From contig NC_058383.1 in NCBI RefSeq assembly GCF_018350175.1, forward strand, positions 10,046,001-10,110,000: a DNA stretch of 64,000 bases, given 5' to 3'. Both the position numbers and the translations under genes were made by a program. The stretch is from Felis catus (taxonomy: Eukaryota). The notes beneath the pieces are model-generated. The model saw nothing but the letters and a program-made list of their open reading frames with translations, ran no database searches and was not told the origin of the DNA. Shown here piece after piece: positions 39,506 to 51,087 of the stretch (the first letter of the stretch is position 1; each line of letters starts with the position of its first letter).

Positions 39506-39535
39506 TCAGTGCTGGCGCGGCCGCGCGAGGGCCAT
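39506..39535 (-). other. Upstream ORF (MALARPRQH*) in the BAZ1B 5' UTR
   Basis: ATG at 39535 (TGC ATG G) to TGA at 39508-39506, ending 150 nt before the main ATG. Requires the TSS to lie upstream of 39535. Confidence 0.55.
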
Positions 39536-41521
39536 GCAACGGGACGCAGGGACACGGAACTCCCACGCACACCGCTGCGCCGCCCGGCAGCCTCCGGCCC
39601 AACCTTCGCTACGGGTCCCCGCGTTCGGCAGTCACGACTCCTCCTCAGCTGCACCGGAGGAAATTATTGAAAAATGGCGGGAGATTCCCCTCCTCCCCCC
39701 TGCCCGGTCAGCGCGCACACTAACTTGCTCCCCTGTGGCGCCGGTGGCGAATGCTCCAATAGGCGGAGAGCCGATCAGCGCTCACGGTCTACTGGCTCAC
39801 GGGAGCTGCCGCTCTGCGCTTGGGTCCCGCCCCCTTTCCGGGCCGCGTAGTTGGGTTGCAGCGCACCAGAGGGCAGTATGAAGAGGTGAAAGGTCACGTT
39901 ATGTAAGCGCTGGTGACAGGCCTGCGGGCCTCCAGCGGCGGAGTTGAAAATGGGGGTCAGCGGGGGACCGAAAGGCCTGGAATTCAAAGAGGTCAGACCA
40001 GAGAAGCCCCTTAACATATACAGACACTGCGCCATCTGTCACCGACGGCGACACCGACATCCGGGCACCACTGTCCGTGTGGTGCGCCGGAGGGGGAGGG
40101 GGAGCGCGCGGCCAGGGGCTTTGTCTTTCCACCGTGCTCCGCCCCCTCCTTAAAGGCGCCGCGTTCGGCCACGCCCGGGGAGGCGCGGGTGGGGCGGAAA
40201 GAGAGGAGGGGTTGGCGGGAATAAGCCCCAAGATCTTACCCAAGCGAAGGTTCTCCTGAAGAACAGCTTGAGCCCCCAGTCTTGCTCACCCCAAAGTTAA
40301 CTTCTGGAAGAGAGTGTGGTGGAGATGTGGATACTAGTATGGTGCTTGTTTTTAGGGGCTTGGTGGAAAGGATCATACAGGAGCTTCTTCGGAAAAATAT
40401 ACTAAAAGACATTCCTAGTAAAGATACATCCATTAACTCTAATAGTCTTTCGCAGCACCTCCAAAGTTGAGGGCTCTGGACTGGGAGCTTCAGAGGAAAA
40501 ACAAAAAATAAGACAGAGACAGTTCTGAGAAAACAAGAGGCACGAATAATGCCAGTTCGGTGAAGAGTGCTGTCGGAAGTGCACAGTCCGAAGACAGCAG
40601 TAACTCCCTGGAGAGTGACGACATTTGAGCTGCTTCCCCGAGCACACTACACCCACGTAGTCCAAACTATGTCCTACCCAGGACAAGCCGAAACACTCAC
40701 GGATAATTCTCTCCCTAATTAAATTGTCCCCTTCCGTTCAAAGATCTTCACTGGCCTCAGAACATACCTCCCCAGCCTGTTCTTCAACAGGGCGGAGAAA
40801 GCGGGGGTGCATGGCAATGCCAGACCCTTTTCTTCTCATCTTGAGGTGGGAAGTCTCCCCCCAGGGAAGGGTAAGTACCAGGTCAGTCGCCATCCCAATG
40901 GAGCCTCCTCTGGTCACCTAGCAGAGATAGGACTGCATCCTCCTTCGGTAGCTATTTCTTCTAAAAGGATTATGAGCAACCTCGGAGGACAGGACATTTG
41001 AGTCGATTGTGAAAAGGTGAGTAGCATTTCACTAAGCAGAGAAATGAAGGACGAACATTCTAGGCAGAAGGAGCTGCAGAGCCTTCTTGATAGATTCGGG
41101 ACAGCACACCTTAAAACGTAGGGATTTTGAGGTGGAAAGTATCAAGATATGAGGGTGGCAACGGAAGTGATCATCCGGGCCACAGCGTGTGATGGCTAGA
41201 GTGACGTAGTTATTTGTGGCAGGGATACCGAGGGACCGAAATGTAACAAAATCAAGGGAGACAGGTGGACAGATTTGAGAGGCACAGACGAGGTGACTAA
41301 TGGGACGGACATTTGCAGGACTAGATCCCCGGTAGCAGACTACACACAGGATAAGGACTCCAACAACATTAAGAGACAAATTTTGGAAAAATTGATATTT
41401 CAAAACAGTGTCTAACTGCCCATGAGAGTAGGGACCGTCATCATTTCAGCGCTTGGGGCCACTGTAAGCTGAATCCAGCCTGGCGTTGATAAAGCAGAGA
41501 TCTAAAATGGGAGAATCAGCA

Positions 41522-44180
41522 GGGACCTGGGTGGCTCAGTGGGTCAAGTGTCCGACTTCGGCTCAGGTCACGATCTCTCAGTTTGTGAGTTCGAGCCCCA
41601 AGTCAGGCTCTGTGCTGACAGCTCGGAGCCCGCTTGGGATTCTCTCTCACACTCGTTCTGCCCCAGCCCTGCTTGTGCCCACTCTCTCAAATTAAATAAA
41701 TAAACTTAAAAAAAAAAAAATAGCAAACTTTAATGTGACTTTTGCTTGGTGTGTCCTCCACTTCTGTGGGTCAAATTTACAAATGATAAAGTTGATTAAC
41801 ATGAGATTTTACCATCTTGTCCTGAAGATGTTGAGGAAAAATATAGGGGGCACCTGGCTGGCTCAGTCAGTGGAGTATGTGACTCTTGATCTCAGGATCA
41901 TGAGTTCAAGCCCCATTTTGCATAAAGCTTACTCAAAAGAATAATAATAAATTTAAAATTTTTTTAAAGAAAGAAAAAAAATGAAAGAGACTGTTAATGT
42001 AACTATCAGTTTCCTGCTCTAATATTTTCATTGACTCTTGTTGCAGTCAAACTTTTTTTTTTTAGTTTTTATTTTTAACATGTATTTATTTTCGAGAGAG
42101 AGAGAAAGAGAGATTGTGGGCTGGGGAGAGGCAGAGAGAAGCAGAGACACAGAATCTGAAGCAGGCTCCGGGCTCTGAACTGTCAGCACAGAGCCTGATG
42201 CAGGGCTCAAACTCACAAGCCTCGTGAGATCATGACCTGAGCCTCTCAACCAACTGAGCCACCCAGGTGCCTCCTCAGTCCTCAGACTCTTAACCCAGCA
42301 AGCCCCTACTGGACTACTTCCTCCTAATTCCCAGAATTCATTAGCTTTATTCCTACCCACCGCTGGAAATGGACTTTTTTCTCCTCTGTGCATTTCAACC
42401 CAATACTTCCTTCCTAATGCCTTTTCCCAATTGTTCCAGCCCACATCCGCTTTGACTATACTCTCAAGTTGTTTTTTTTTTACCATAATTTTAGCAAAAT
42501 TCATTGTTCAATGTGTTTTCTTTCCTAACATTTGAATAAACAAGTTAATCCAAAAAGGAAGAGATTAAAATGTGTAGCTTCCAGGGATCTGCACCAAAGC
42601 TTCTATTGCTCCAAGTCGGCTATGGCTGCTTAGTCGCAGGAATAAGACTGTCCAAGGAAGTGTAGCCATTTCCCTACATGGATCTCCACTGGGTAGTTTT
42701 AGGACATGAGCTCAGTCAGCAAGATCTGTTTCTGTGGTCTGTATCATGTGGAGCTATGCCCTGCCACATAGTCCTCATTCATTGATGCAGGCACAAACCT
42801 TTGCTTAGACAGTTCGGCTCCTGCCTGGGCTTTTCCTCCCTGTCCTGCTGGTTCCTTAAACTCAAAACATCCCAGAGCCACAATCTTACCGTCTTCCTTC
42901 CCTCCATCATCTGCTTTATCAGAATGGTTTTCATTTTTATTAACGGCCCACCTTCCTCACAACCTCACGGGCTCAGGTTTGACCTCTCTTGAGCTCCACG
43001 GGCATAGGATCAACCAGACAATGTCAGTTCTTGAGCTGTCCTTTTCCTGCCATCCCCACAGCATCCTATTTCAGGCCTCTATTATTTCTGGCCAAAACTA
43101 CTACCATAATGCCTTTCTTCTTTTGAAATGTTTTAGGGGTGCCTCTCAATTGGTAGAGCATGCTACTCTCAATCTTAAGGTTGTGAATTCAAGCCCCACG
43201 TTGGGCATGGAACCTACTTACAAGTAAAAGTTTTAAACTCCATTAAAATTATGTCTTTTTTATGGTAAAATGAACATAGTTCCCCAAAAGAAACATTTAA
43301 ATGTACTTTAAAAAACAACAACAGGGGAGCCTAAGTGACTCAGTCAGGTAAGGTCCGTCTTTAGCTCAGGTCATGCTCTCACAGTTTGTGAGTTCAAGGC
43401 CCACCTTGGGCTCTGTGCTGACAGCTCAGAGCCTAGAGCCTGCTTCAAATTGTGTGTCTCCCTCTCTCTGCCCCTCCCCCGCTCGTATACGGTCTCTCTT
43501 CTCTCTGTCTCAAAAATAATAAACATTAAAAAATAAAAATAAAAAAACAACAGCAATAAAAAACATCAACAAATAGTTCTACAAAAATCAGCCCTAGAGC
43601 ACTTTCCCCATCCACTTCCTGTTTCCTCAAGCACTCATTTTCAAATTGTTAAACTGTGTTAAATTGGTAAAAGGAAACTTCATTGTTTTTAATGTTTTAT
43701 TTTTGAGAGAGAGAGAGCAAGAGAGAGTGCGAGTGGGGGAGGGGCAGAGAGAGAGGAAGACACAATCCAAAGCAGGCTCCAGGATCTGAGCCGCCAGCAC
43801 AGAGCCTGACCCAAGGCTCAAACTCCTGAACCACAACATCATAGCCTGAGCCGAAGCCTGAGGCTTAACCAACTGAGCCACCCAGGCAACCCCTGGATTC
43901 CATTTTAATGAGGTTTCCTAGGGGCACCTAAATGTTTCAGTCAGTTAAGCGGAGGACTTCAGCTCAGGTCACGATCTCACAGCTTGTGGTTCGAGCTCCA
44001 CATGGGACTCTCAGCTGCCAGCTCAGAGCCTGGAGCCTGCTTCCGATTCTGTGTCTCCCTCTCTCTCTGCTCCACCCCTAATCACACACTCTCTCTCAAA
44101 AATAAACATTCAAAAAAAAAATCTATGGAAGAAATTTCCAATTTCTTTTTTTTAAGTTTATTTATTTTTGAGAGAGACAG
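41522..44180. mobile_element. Intergenic CanSINE cluster (about 7 copies, both strands)
   Basis: Heads at ~41522, 41846, 43136, 43324 and 43921 (+); copies at ~42053-42272 and 43685-43893 (-). Confidence 0.85.
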
Positions 44181-44779
44181 ATTTCGAAATAACATATATG
44201 TTGCTATGTTTGTTTCTCAGTTTTAATGTTAGCTGTTGTCATTCTTCAATGGAAGATGAGGTCTCACCTCCCCCACAAATACCACACACATTCAATCATA
44301 TTCCCCAAATAATTATTGCAGTTGGTTAAATCCACACTCAGTGTATAACTTATGATTATTATTCATAGATGATCCACATGGTGAACTGATTACATTTCTT
44401 TTCTCTTGTTTTCACTGGTTTGCATCAGTCTATTTCCACTTCCTTTTCTAAGTACCTATCACTACTCTATCCCTCAACTGACACAACTCTAAGTCTCCTC
44501 TCAATACATGCAAACCTAGCAAGTCTTCCTATTTGTCCCCTGCCTCTTTCCTTTCCTAGGCATTTCGAACACAACCTCACTCCCCTGCTCTGGGCTTTCA
44601 ATGGCTGGCTCCCTAAAGTCAACAAAGTAAAATCAAGCTCTTTGGTCTGGCCTTCCAGGCCCTCCACAATCTGTCCTCAGTCTTTTTCCTACTTCCCTCG
44701 AACCCCTTACTCCAGTAAACTAGGTTTATCTAGGTTTCTAAATACCATTCCCCACTAAAAGGATCCAGGGCTCCTGGGA

Positions 44780-44881
44780 AAAAGGAATGGGCTAGCAAAG
44801 TTCAAGGTGAGTCAGGAACAACTTGTGCCTAAAAGGAATGGGCTAGCAAAGTTCAAGGTGAGTCAGGAACAACTTGTGCCT
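44780..44881. repeat. Perfect 51-bp tandem duplication
   Basis: AAAAGGAATGGGCTAGCAAAGTTCAAGGTGAGTCAGGAACAACTTGTGCCT twice (44780-44830, 44831-44881). Confidence 0.95.
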
Positions 44882-45069
44882 AAAAGTAAAGAAGTGCTCA
44901 AATAGAGATGGGGACATGTCAAAAGGACTCGGGAGCCAGCATGAAGGGATTCTAACTGACTAAATCTGGGACAATTTGAACATTAAAAAAAAAAAAAAAA
45001 AATGACAGCAACAGATTGTGGCACATTGAATGTAAGGGGAAACCATGAGCCATAGTAATATTCAGAGAG

Positions 45070-45102
45070 ATCGCTTCTAGGCCTTTTGGCTAAGATCAAG
45101 TG
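45070..45102 (+). pseudogene. RNU2: 3'-truncated U2 snRNA retrocopy
   Basis: ATCGCTTCTAGGCCTTTTGGCTAAGATCAAGTG matches U2 nt 1-33 with one mismatch. Flanked by short CAGAGA direct repeats. Confidence 0.88.
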
Positions 45103-45104
45103 CA

Positions 45105-45250
45105 GAGAAAGGAGGGAGGGAAGGAAGGAAGGAAGGAAGAAAGGAATGGACGGAGGAAGGGAGAAAGAGGAAAGAAAAGAAAGGGAGAAAGAAGAAAGAA
45201 TAAGGAAAAGGAAGGAAGGAAGAAAGAAAAAGAAAAGAAAAGAGGAAGGG
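45105..45250. repeat. Purine-rich (GGAA/GAAA) low-complexity tract
   Basis: Directly visible, immediately after the U2 fragment. Confidence 0.9.
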
Positions 45251-46697
45251 CAATGTGCTATTTACAGAAGGCTGCCAGTGAATGAATGTGAAAAGAATGT
45301 TAGATTTAGAAAACTCACCATTTTGCAGACTCTAGTGAAGTAACTTGATTCAGAAATGGACCATCAATGGATGCTAAAATCACTGGTCTAAGTGAATGGT
45401 CTAAGATTATCACCCGCCCGCCCCCCCCACCTACAAATTACTTATGTAAAAGTGCCCTGAAAATGGAAAGATCTGGCAGACACCTTAGCCAAGTGATCGA
45501 TCTCAGCATTACCAATAATGAGACAAAAGGATGTTTCTCTTGATTCAAGGCAGTGAAAAATACGTATCAACTCTGTAGCATTCTAACCAAAAACATTCCA
45601 CCTGAAATCCTTAGAAAATAGAAAAACCCAGTTTGTGGGACATTCTATGAATAACTGCCTAGACCCTTCAAAAATAACGATGACACAAGATACACCAATC
45701 CACCCACCTCCAACTTCTAAAAGGAAACTAAAGAGACATGAGAACTGCGTGTGCAATGTGTGACCCTAGAGTTAGATCCTGGATCTGGGGACAGGGGCTA
45801 AAGAGAACTACTACCGTTATTGGAACAGTTGGGGCAATTTAAATATGTTCATATTAAATACTATTATCGTATCATTGTTAAGTTTCTTGGGTATGATCGT
45901 GATACTCTGGTCATGTTGAGGAATGTCCTTGTTCTTGGGACATACAAGCTGAAGTATTCAAGGCTAAAGTGCCAGAATGACAGCAACCGATTTCAAGTAA
46001 TTCACCTTCCACCCCCCCCCAAAAAAAGAAAGAAAAAAAAATGTGTATTGAGATGCCAATGTGGCAAACGTTAATAATTGGTGAATCTAAGTGAAGGGTA
46101 CGCGTAGTTTATTGAACCATTTCTTTCAGCTCTCTGTAGCTTTGAAAAGTCTCAAAGAGCTGGAGAAAACAGAAACTCAATTCCCTGGTTACTGCTACCC
46201 ATTAACCCCGTGCTTCACTGCCACCATTTGTCCGCATTAACCTGCCCACAAGTAGTCTCTCCTCATAACCAGAGAAAAATGTCAAGGCCCAGCCTCGAAT
46301 GCCACCTCTCCGAAAGCTTTCTGTGATCTCCAAGCCTCAAAGTTTTTCTCTGGACCCTGACAGTACTCTGCCTTCTCCACCCACCGTGGCACAGGTTCCT
46401 GCCTACCTTCTCTACCTCACCAGACTGGAAGCTCCTGCAAGGCAGAGACCTGTCTACCAATTGTAATTTATATAGAGAGACCCCAGAATGTGCTTTCAAT
46501 ATTTGTAAAATAAACGCCATTTTCCAAGACGACAAATACCTTAGGCATGTGGAAATCTGCTCCCAGGTGCTCAGCTTTTCCATGCTCCAAATTCTCTTGT
46601 GCAGAACCCATCAAGCTCTATTGATCTTTCTTTGGGCTTATTCATATTCAATGAATTTAGTTAGTGGGCTATCTATTTTTAAGAATTCAAGTGTGGG

Positions 46698-46770
46698 TTC
46701 CAGCAGTCCGCAAGCTGTCATTGGCTCCACAGGGGAAGGGGGGGTGCCCAGGCAAAAAAAAAAAAAAAAA
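46698..46770 (+). mobile_element. Orphan 56-nt retroposed fragment with poly(A) tail
   Basis: Flanked by 17-bp TSD AAGAATTCAAGTGTGGG (46681-46697, 46771-46787) after a T-run. Confidence 0.75.
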
Positions 46771-46785
46771 AAGAATTCAAGTGTG

Positions 46786-48235
46786 GGGGCACCTGGGTGG
46801 CTTAGTTGATTGAATGTCCGACTCTGGGTTTCAGCTCAGGTCATGATCTCACAGTTTGTGAGATCGAGCCCGGCACCAGATTCTGCTCTGACAGTGTGGA
46901 ACCTGCCTAGGATTCTCTCCCTCTCTCGCTGCCCCTCCCCTGCTCGCGTACTCTCTAACTCTGAATAAACAAACATAAAAAAAAAAGTTTTTTGGGGCTC
47001 CTGGGTGGCTCAGTCGGTTAAGCATCTGACTTCGGCTCAGGTCATGATCCTGCAGTTCATGAGGTCAAGCCCTGCATCAGGCTCTGTGCTGACAGCTCAG
47101 AGCCTGGAACCTGCCTCAGATTCTGTCTCTCTATCTTTGCCCCTCCCCCACTCACACTCTGTTTCTCTCTCTCTCAAAAATAAAGATTAAAAAAAAAGTA
47201 TTCAGTATTTCAGTAAGTTTTCATTAAAAAAAAACTTGCAAAAAGTCAATGTAAAATTGGAAAAAAAAAAAGTTTTCGAGTGTGCATATACATTGGGCCT
47301 AATAATACCCAGAAGCATTTTTTGAGTTATTTGTGAGTAACTTGTGGTCATTGCTTGATGTTTCCTCATCTCTTTTTCTTCTCCAGCCCTTACCCCATCA
47401 ACATTCTGGGACGGTGGTGGAGACTGCTAGCCTGATACCTTAGAGTATCAGTGAAGTGGTGCTAAGGTGATGTCAACAAAAGAAGAGAATGGTTTCCATC
47501 TCACCTTTTCCATTATCCCACATGTTCCTTCGTGGACTCCACACCTGCTACAGTATGCTCTAGAAGGTTCTATGCAAAGGTCCATTCCCTAGCCAGGCTG
47601 TCTCCTGAGGGATAGGATTCCTGGCTTCCTGTGTTCCCAGTTCTAGCACTCGGTCACAGAGTAACTGCAAATGCCAACTGCTATCTCCTATTAGTTTTCT
47701 CTCCTGCCTTCCTTGTGTGCCACTTGATTTCAGTAATTGTCATTTACAGAAATGATTTAATTCTTTTTCAAATCTTATTGGTCATTTTTTATGATCTCAG
47801 TACACTTTTAATAACTTCCTTTGTTTAAACACATTAAACTATACTTTAAAAAAAATTTTATGTTTATTTTTGAGAGAGAGAGAGAGAGAGTTGCAAAGTA
47901 TGAACGGGGGAGGGTAGAGAGAGGGAGATACAGAATCCAAAGCAGGCGCCAGGCTCTGAGCTGTCAGCACAGAGCCCAATGTGGGGCTCGAACTCACAAA
48001 CCACGAAATCGTGACCTAAGCAGAAGTCAGACGCTTAACCAACTGAGCCACCCAGGTGCCCCTAGAATATACTTCTCTTATGTACCACTTACAATTCCCT
48101 CTCTGTGACATTCATTTGACAACTTAATAGTACATACTTCTTTTTTTTCTTTTTAAGTAAACTGTACCCTCAACAAGGGGTTCAAATTCACAATCCCAAC
48201 ATCAAGAGTTGCATGCTCTCCCAACTGAGCCCAGT
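46786..48235. mobile_element. CanSINEs (+46786, +46994, -47850..48062, -48140..48235)
   Basis: Typical heads, bodies and tails. Confidence 0.85.
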
Positions 48236-48909
48236 TGGGAAAAAGAGAAAAAAGAGAGTAGGGATGACAAAACAGGGCAGCAAAACTTGGGATGCTGGTC
48301 TCATCCATGATACCTGGAAGCCCCTGAGAGAGATCAGACGAATTACTTTAGGGAATACTGAAATGAAATTCTTGAACATACAGAATGTAGAATTCTTTTC
48401 CACTGTGACATGACTTTATTGGTCTCCTTAGGAATCAAGAGCGCAAAAAAGAACTGGAGGGAAAGCAGAGCCTTGGGGGAGTGGCAAACACGGAGCACCT
48501 GCCTAACGGGTCCAAGGTCATGAAAAGTTTTGGAGAAAGCTAGCAATGGCCACACAGTGTTGTGAATGTACTTACTACCACTAAGCGGTACCCTTTTAAA
48601 TGGTTAAAATGGTAAATTTGATGTTGTATGCACTTTACCATAATCTAAAAAAGTAAAAATGAAAGAAAAAAAACCACTCATGAATGCCTCCTAAAGACCT
48701 GGAGCCATGGCAAACATATGCTGGTTGCATTCAGTGTGCAGAGGGACGGAAGTGTAAATCAGACTACATGACAACTTCAAGAGGGATCTCCAAATCGCTT
48801 CTATCAGAAAGCTCCTCTGTGGGAGTAAGACAATTGGCAGGCACTCAGCCATCACCCCACGAGGCCCTGCCCCCACAACCTTCAAGAAAGAAGCACTCAA
48901 ATACCAACA

Positions 48910-49894
48910 AGACGTATTTCAAATAGTTTAATTTTAAAAATATTCTATTCAGTGCTAAAATATGTCTTCACTCACTGTTGCCCATTTCCATTTTCTTAAA
49001 CTTTTTTGAACAAAAAATAAAATCACAAAGTTCAATTAAACATGCAGATTTCAAAGAAGAGGGAACTTTCTAGAAAGTCTGAGCTGAAGGAGTACTGTGG
49101 GGGATGGGTACTGTTGGCAGAACCTCAAATCCTTGCTGGGGCAGAGTCTGTGGCAAGAGGCAGGGAATGCTGGAATGAAACATACAGGTGAGACCAGGGA
49201 AAGCTGTGTGTGTATGTGTGAATGTGTGTCTGCGTGTGTCTGCGTGTGTGTGTGTGTTGGGGAAAGGGGGTGGTTGCAGCAGGGGACAAAGGACTGTCAG
49301 CAGCTGGAGAGCCCATGAGAGGCAGGATAACCTCAGGAATGGGCAGAAGTGTCAGGACAGAAATCTATACAGACTTTTCCGCCCTCGTGCACAGCCTTCC
49401 CTTCCCTCCAAAGTCTCTACCAGGTCTTCTCCAACAGCAGCTTACAGGCCCCTAGCCTGATAGGAAAGTCCATGAATCTACAGTCTCCATTCAAGTTCAA
49501 GTAACCCTGGGCACTCTCTTCTCTAGAGGGTGCCTTCCACATCTCCTTCCACATCCTCCTGTAGAAGAGCCAGCGGCTCAGTCCAGAGGTTCTGGAGCAG
49601 AGACTGCTACCTGGAGGTGACAGATGAACCTTGGGATGGCTGACGCCCCAGCCTACTTGGGGTGCAAAAAGAACATGAGCGCTCCTCTTCTCAGGAGCAA
49701 GCAAACACAGGTGCCAGGGACGGGAAGATGATGCTATCACCCCAAGTCCTATGTCACCCTTCCAGCCCAGAAGGCTCCTATGTGCAAGCTCTGGAGCCCA
49801 GTGCTTGCCCTTACCCCAGCAACAAAGCACGGCCAGAACCAGAATGCAATAAATAGAGGCAGGGGGCCAGGAGGCGAAGGGCGCCAGGATGGTG
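48910..49894 (-). other. BCL7B: BCL7B 3' UTR
   Basis: Unique sequence from the stop codon to a polyA signal. U-rich distal part and a CA-rich tract at 49205-49257. Confidence 0.75.
48927..48932 (-). terminator. BCL7B polyadenylation signal ATTAAA
   Basis: ATTAAA followed ~20-50 nt later by a GU/U-rich element TTGTTGGTATTTGAGTGCTTCTTTCTT (48910-48884). Confidence 0.7.
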
Positions 49895-49987
49895 CTAGCT
49901 TTCTGATGCTGTCTGCGGCACTGCGGGTTGGTCCACACAGAAGCGTTTCAGGGGTGGGGCACCTGAGTCTTCCTCTTCCTCAGCAAT
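49895..49987 (-). CDS. BCL7B: BCL7B last coding exon (IAEEEEDSGAPPLKRFCVDQPAVPQTASES*)
   Basis: Acceptor CTCCTAG|, stop TAG at 49897-49895. Exon sizes are consistent with a 202-aa BCL7B. Confidence 0.94.
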   Translation of the reverse strand: MAEEEEDSGAPPLKRFCVDQPAVPQTASES

Positions 49988-50251
49988 CTAGGAGCAGTCA
50001 GAGCATGAAATTATAGGACCATCCCTCTGTACCAGAACCTCCCCATCCACCCTAATTACAGCCCAGAAGCCCACCCCCAACCTTCTTGCAGATAAACAAA
50101 CCTCTTCCCCTACCTTATAACCTGGAGACACCAGCTTCCCTTGCTGCCTCCCCACCCTGGTCATAGCACATCCGATGCTGTCAGCTCCAGTTCGCATCAA
50201 CAGAGTCCGGACTTGTTTTTAGAAATGGGGAAACCCAAAGTGGCTTCTTAC

Positions 50252-50331
50252 CTGTGTCTCTAGTGGAACTGGTTCTTCCTTCGTGAGGGTGGGAGGTTCA
50301 TCAGCAACTTCTGAGGCGGGCAGGGAGGGCT
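50252..50331 (-). CDS. BCL7B: BCL7B coding exon 5 (EPSLPASEVADEPPTLTKEEPVPLETQ)
   Basis: Acceptor CTTTTTCAG|, donor CAG|GTAAGA. 80 nt. Confidence 0.94.
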
Positions 50332-50916
50332 CTGAAAAAGCAGCAATGTCAGTATAACTGCAGGGCCTCCTGAGACAGGAGACTCCTGTGGAATCTCCCT
50401 CAAGCTGGGGGAGCTTCCCTAAGAGCTATGTGGAGGCACCTTGGGGAAGAGCAACACTGGCCAGAGAATCAATATATGTCATCAGAAGAAATTTACAGGA
50501 TATAATGCAAAGAGCATAATCTCTGAAGTCAGAAGGAATGAAACTGGAGACATCCGGTTCCACCAGTTGCTAGCTATGTGATCTCAGACAAGCAGTTTAC
50601 CCTTTCTAGGATTCTACTTTGTCATCTGTACATGGTAGAGATGACAGCTGCTATCTCATAGGGTCTTTGAGAAAATTATACCAAGTATCAAACATGAAAA
50701 GTGCCTTACACAGAGCCTGGCACTCAATTGTGTTGCTTGTTTTCTTCTTTCATTCTGTGAGAGAGGAAAACACAACCCTTCCCAAAAACAGCTCAAACAT
50801 TGACAAATGGCTCAAGGCTGCCAGGTCCATCTTCTCTAACCTCTTCCTCTAAAGAACAGAAACATCAAGAGCACAGGCCCTTCCAAGATGCTCATCCTGG
50901 GCCAACTGCGACTCAC

Positions 50917-51087
50917 CCTCGAGGATCTCCTGGCCCAGAGTAGGGGGCTGGGAGTCATCTGTGCGGAAGTCAGAGGTGTGTGCTGGGCTCAGGGACTCAC
51001 TCTGCTGGGGGCTGGGGCTTGAGTTGGTGCTGCTGTCCACCTTGAGTTGATAGACGTCAGACACAGAACTCTGGTTGCTGTTTTCAT
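50917..51087 (-). CDS. BCL7B: BCL7B coding exon 4 (DENSNQSSVSDVYQLKVDSSTNSSPSPQQSESLSP...GQEILE)
   Basis: Acceptor TTTTCAG|, donor AGG|GTGAGT. 171 nt, within ORF 50849..51160. Confidence 0.95.

Larger units (their letters stand above)
38640..40250. promoter_or_regulatory. BAZ1B: CpG island, BAZ1B promoter and 5' UTR
   Basis: Very GC- and CpG-rich. YY1 motif AAAATGGCGG (39671-39680) overlapping E2F-like TGGCGGGA, CCAAT at 39756-39760, GC boxes near 39826 and 40191. No TATA box seen. Confidence 0.9.

Noticed and set aside
38897..40259. Long overlapping GC-rich ORFs (up to 202 aa) on both strands
   Set aside because: Stop-poor CpG island. Only 39355-39249 is coding, and ORF 38897..39355 simply reads through the donor.
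44780..44881. Direct repeats as a possible CRISPR-like array
   Set aside because: Two adjacent copies without spacers, in a mammalian genome.
49417..49938. 173-aa minus-strand ORF
   Set aside because: Non-ATG start, out of frame in the BCL7B last exon and 3' UTR, no homology recognised.
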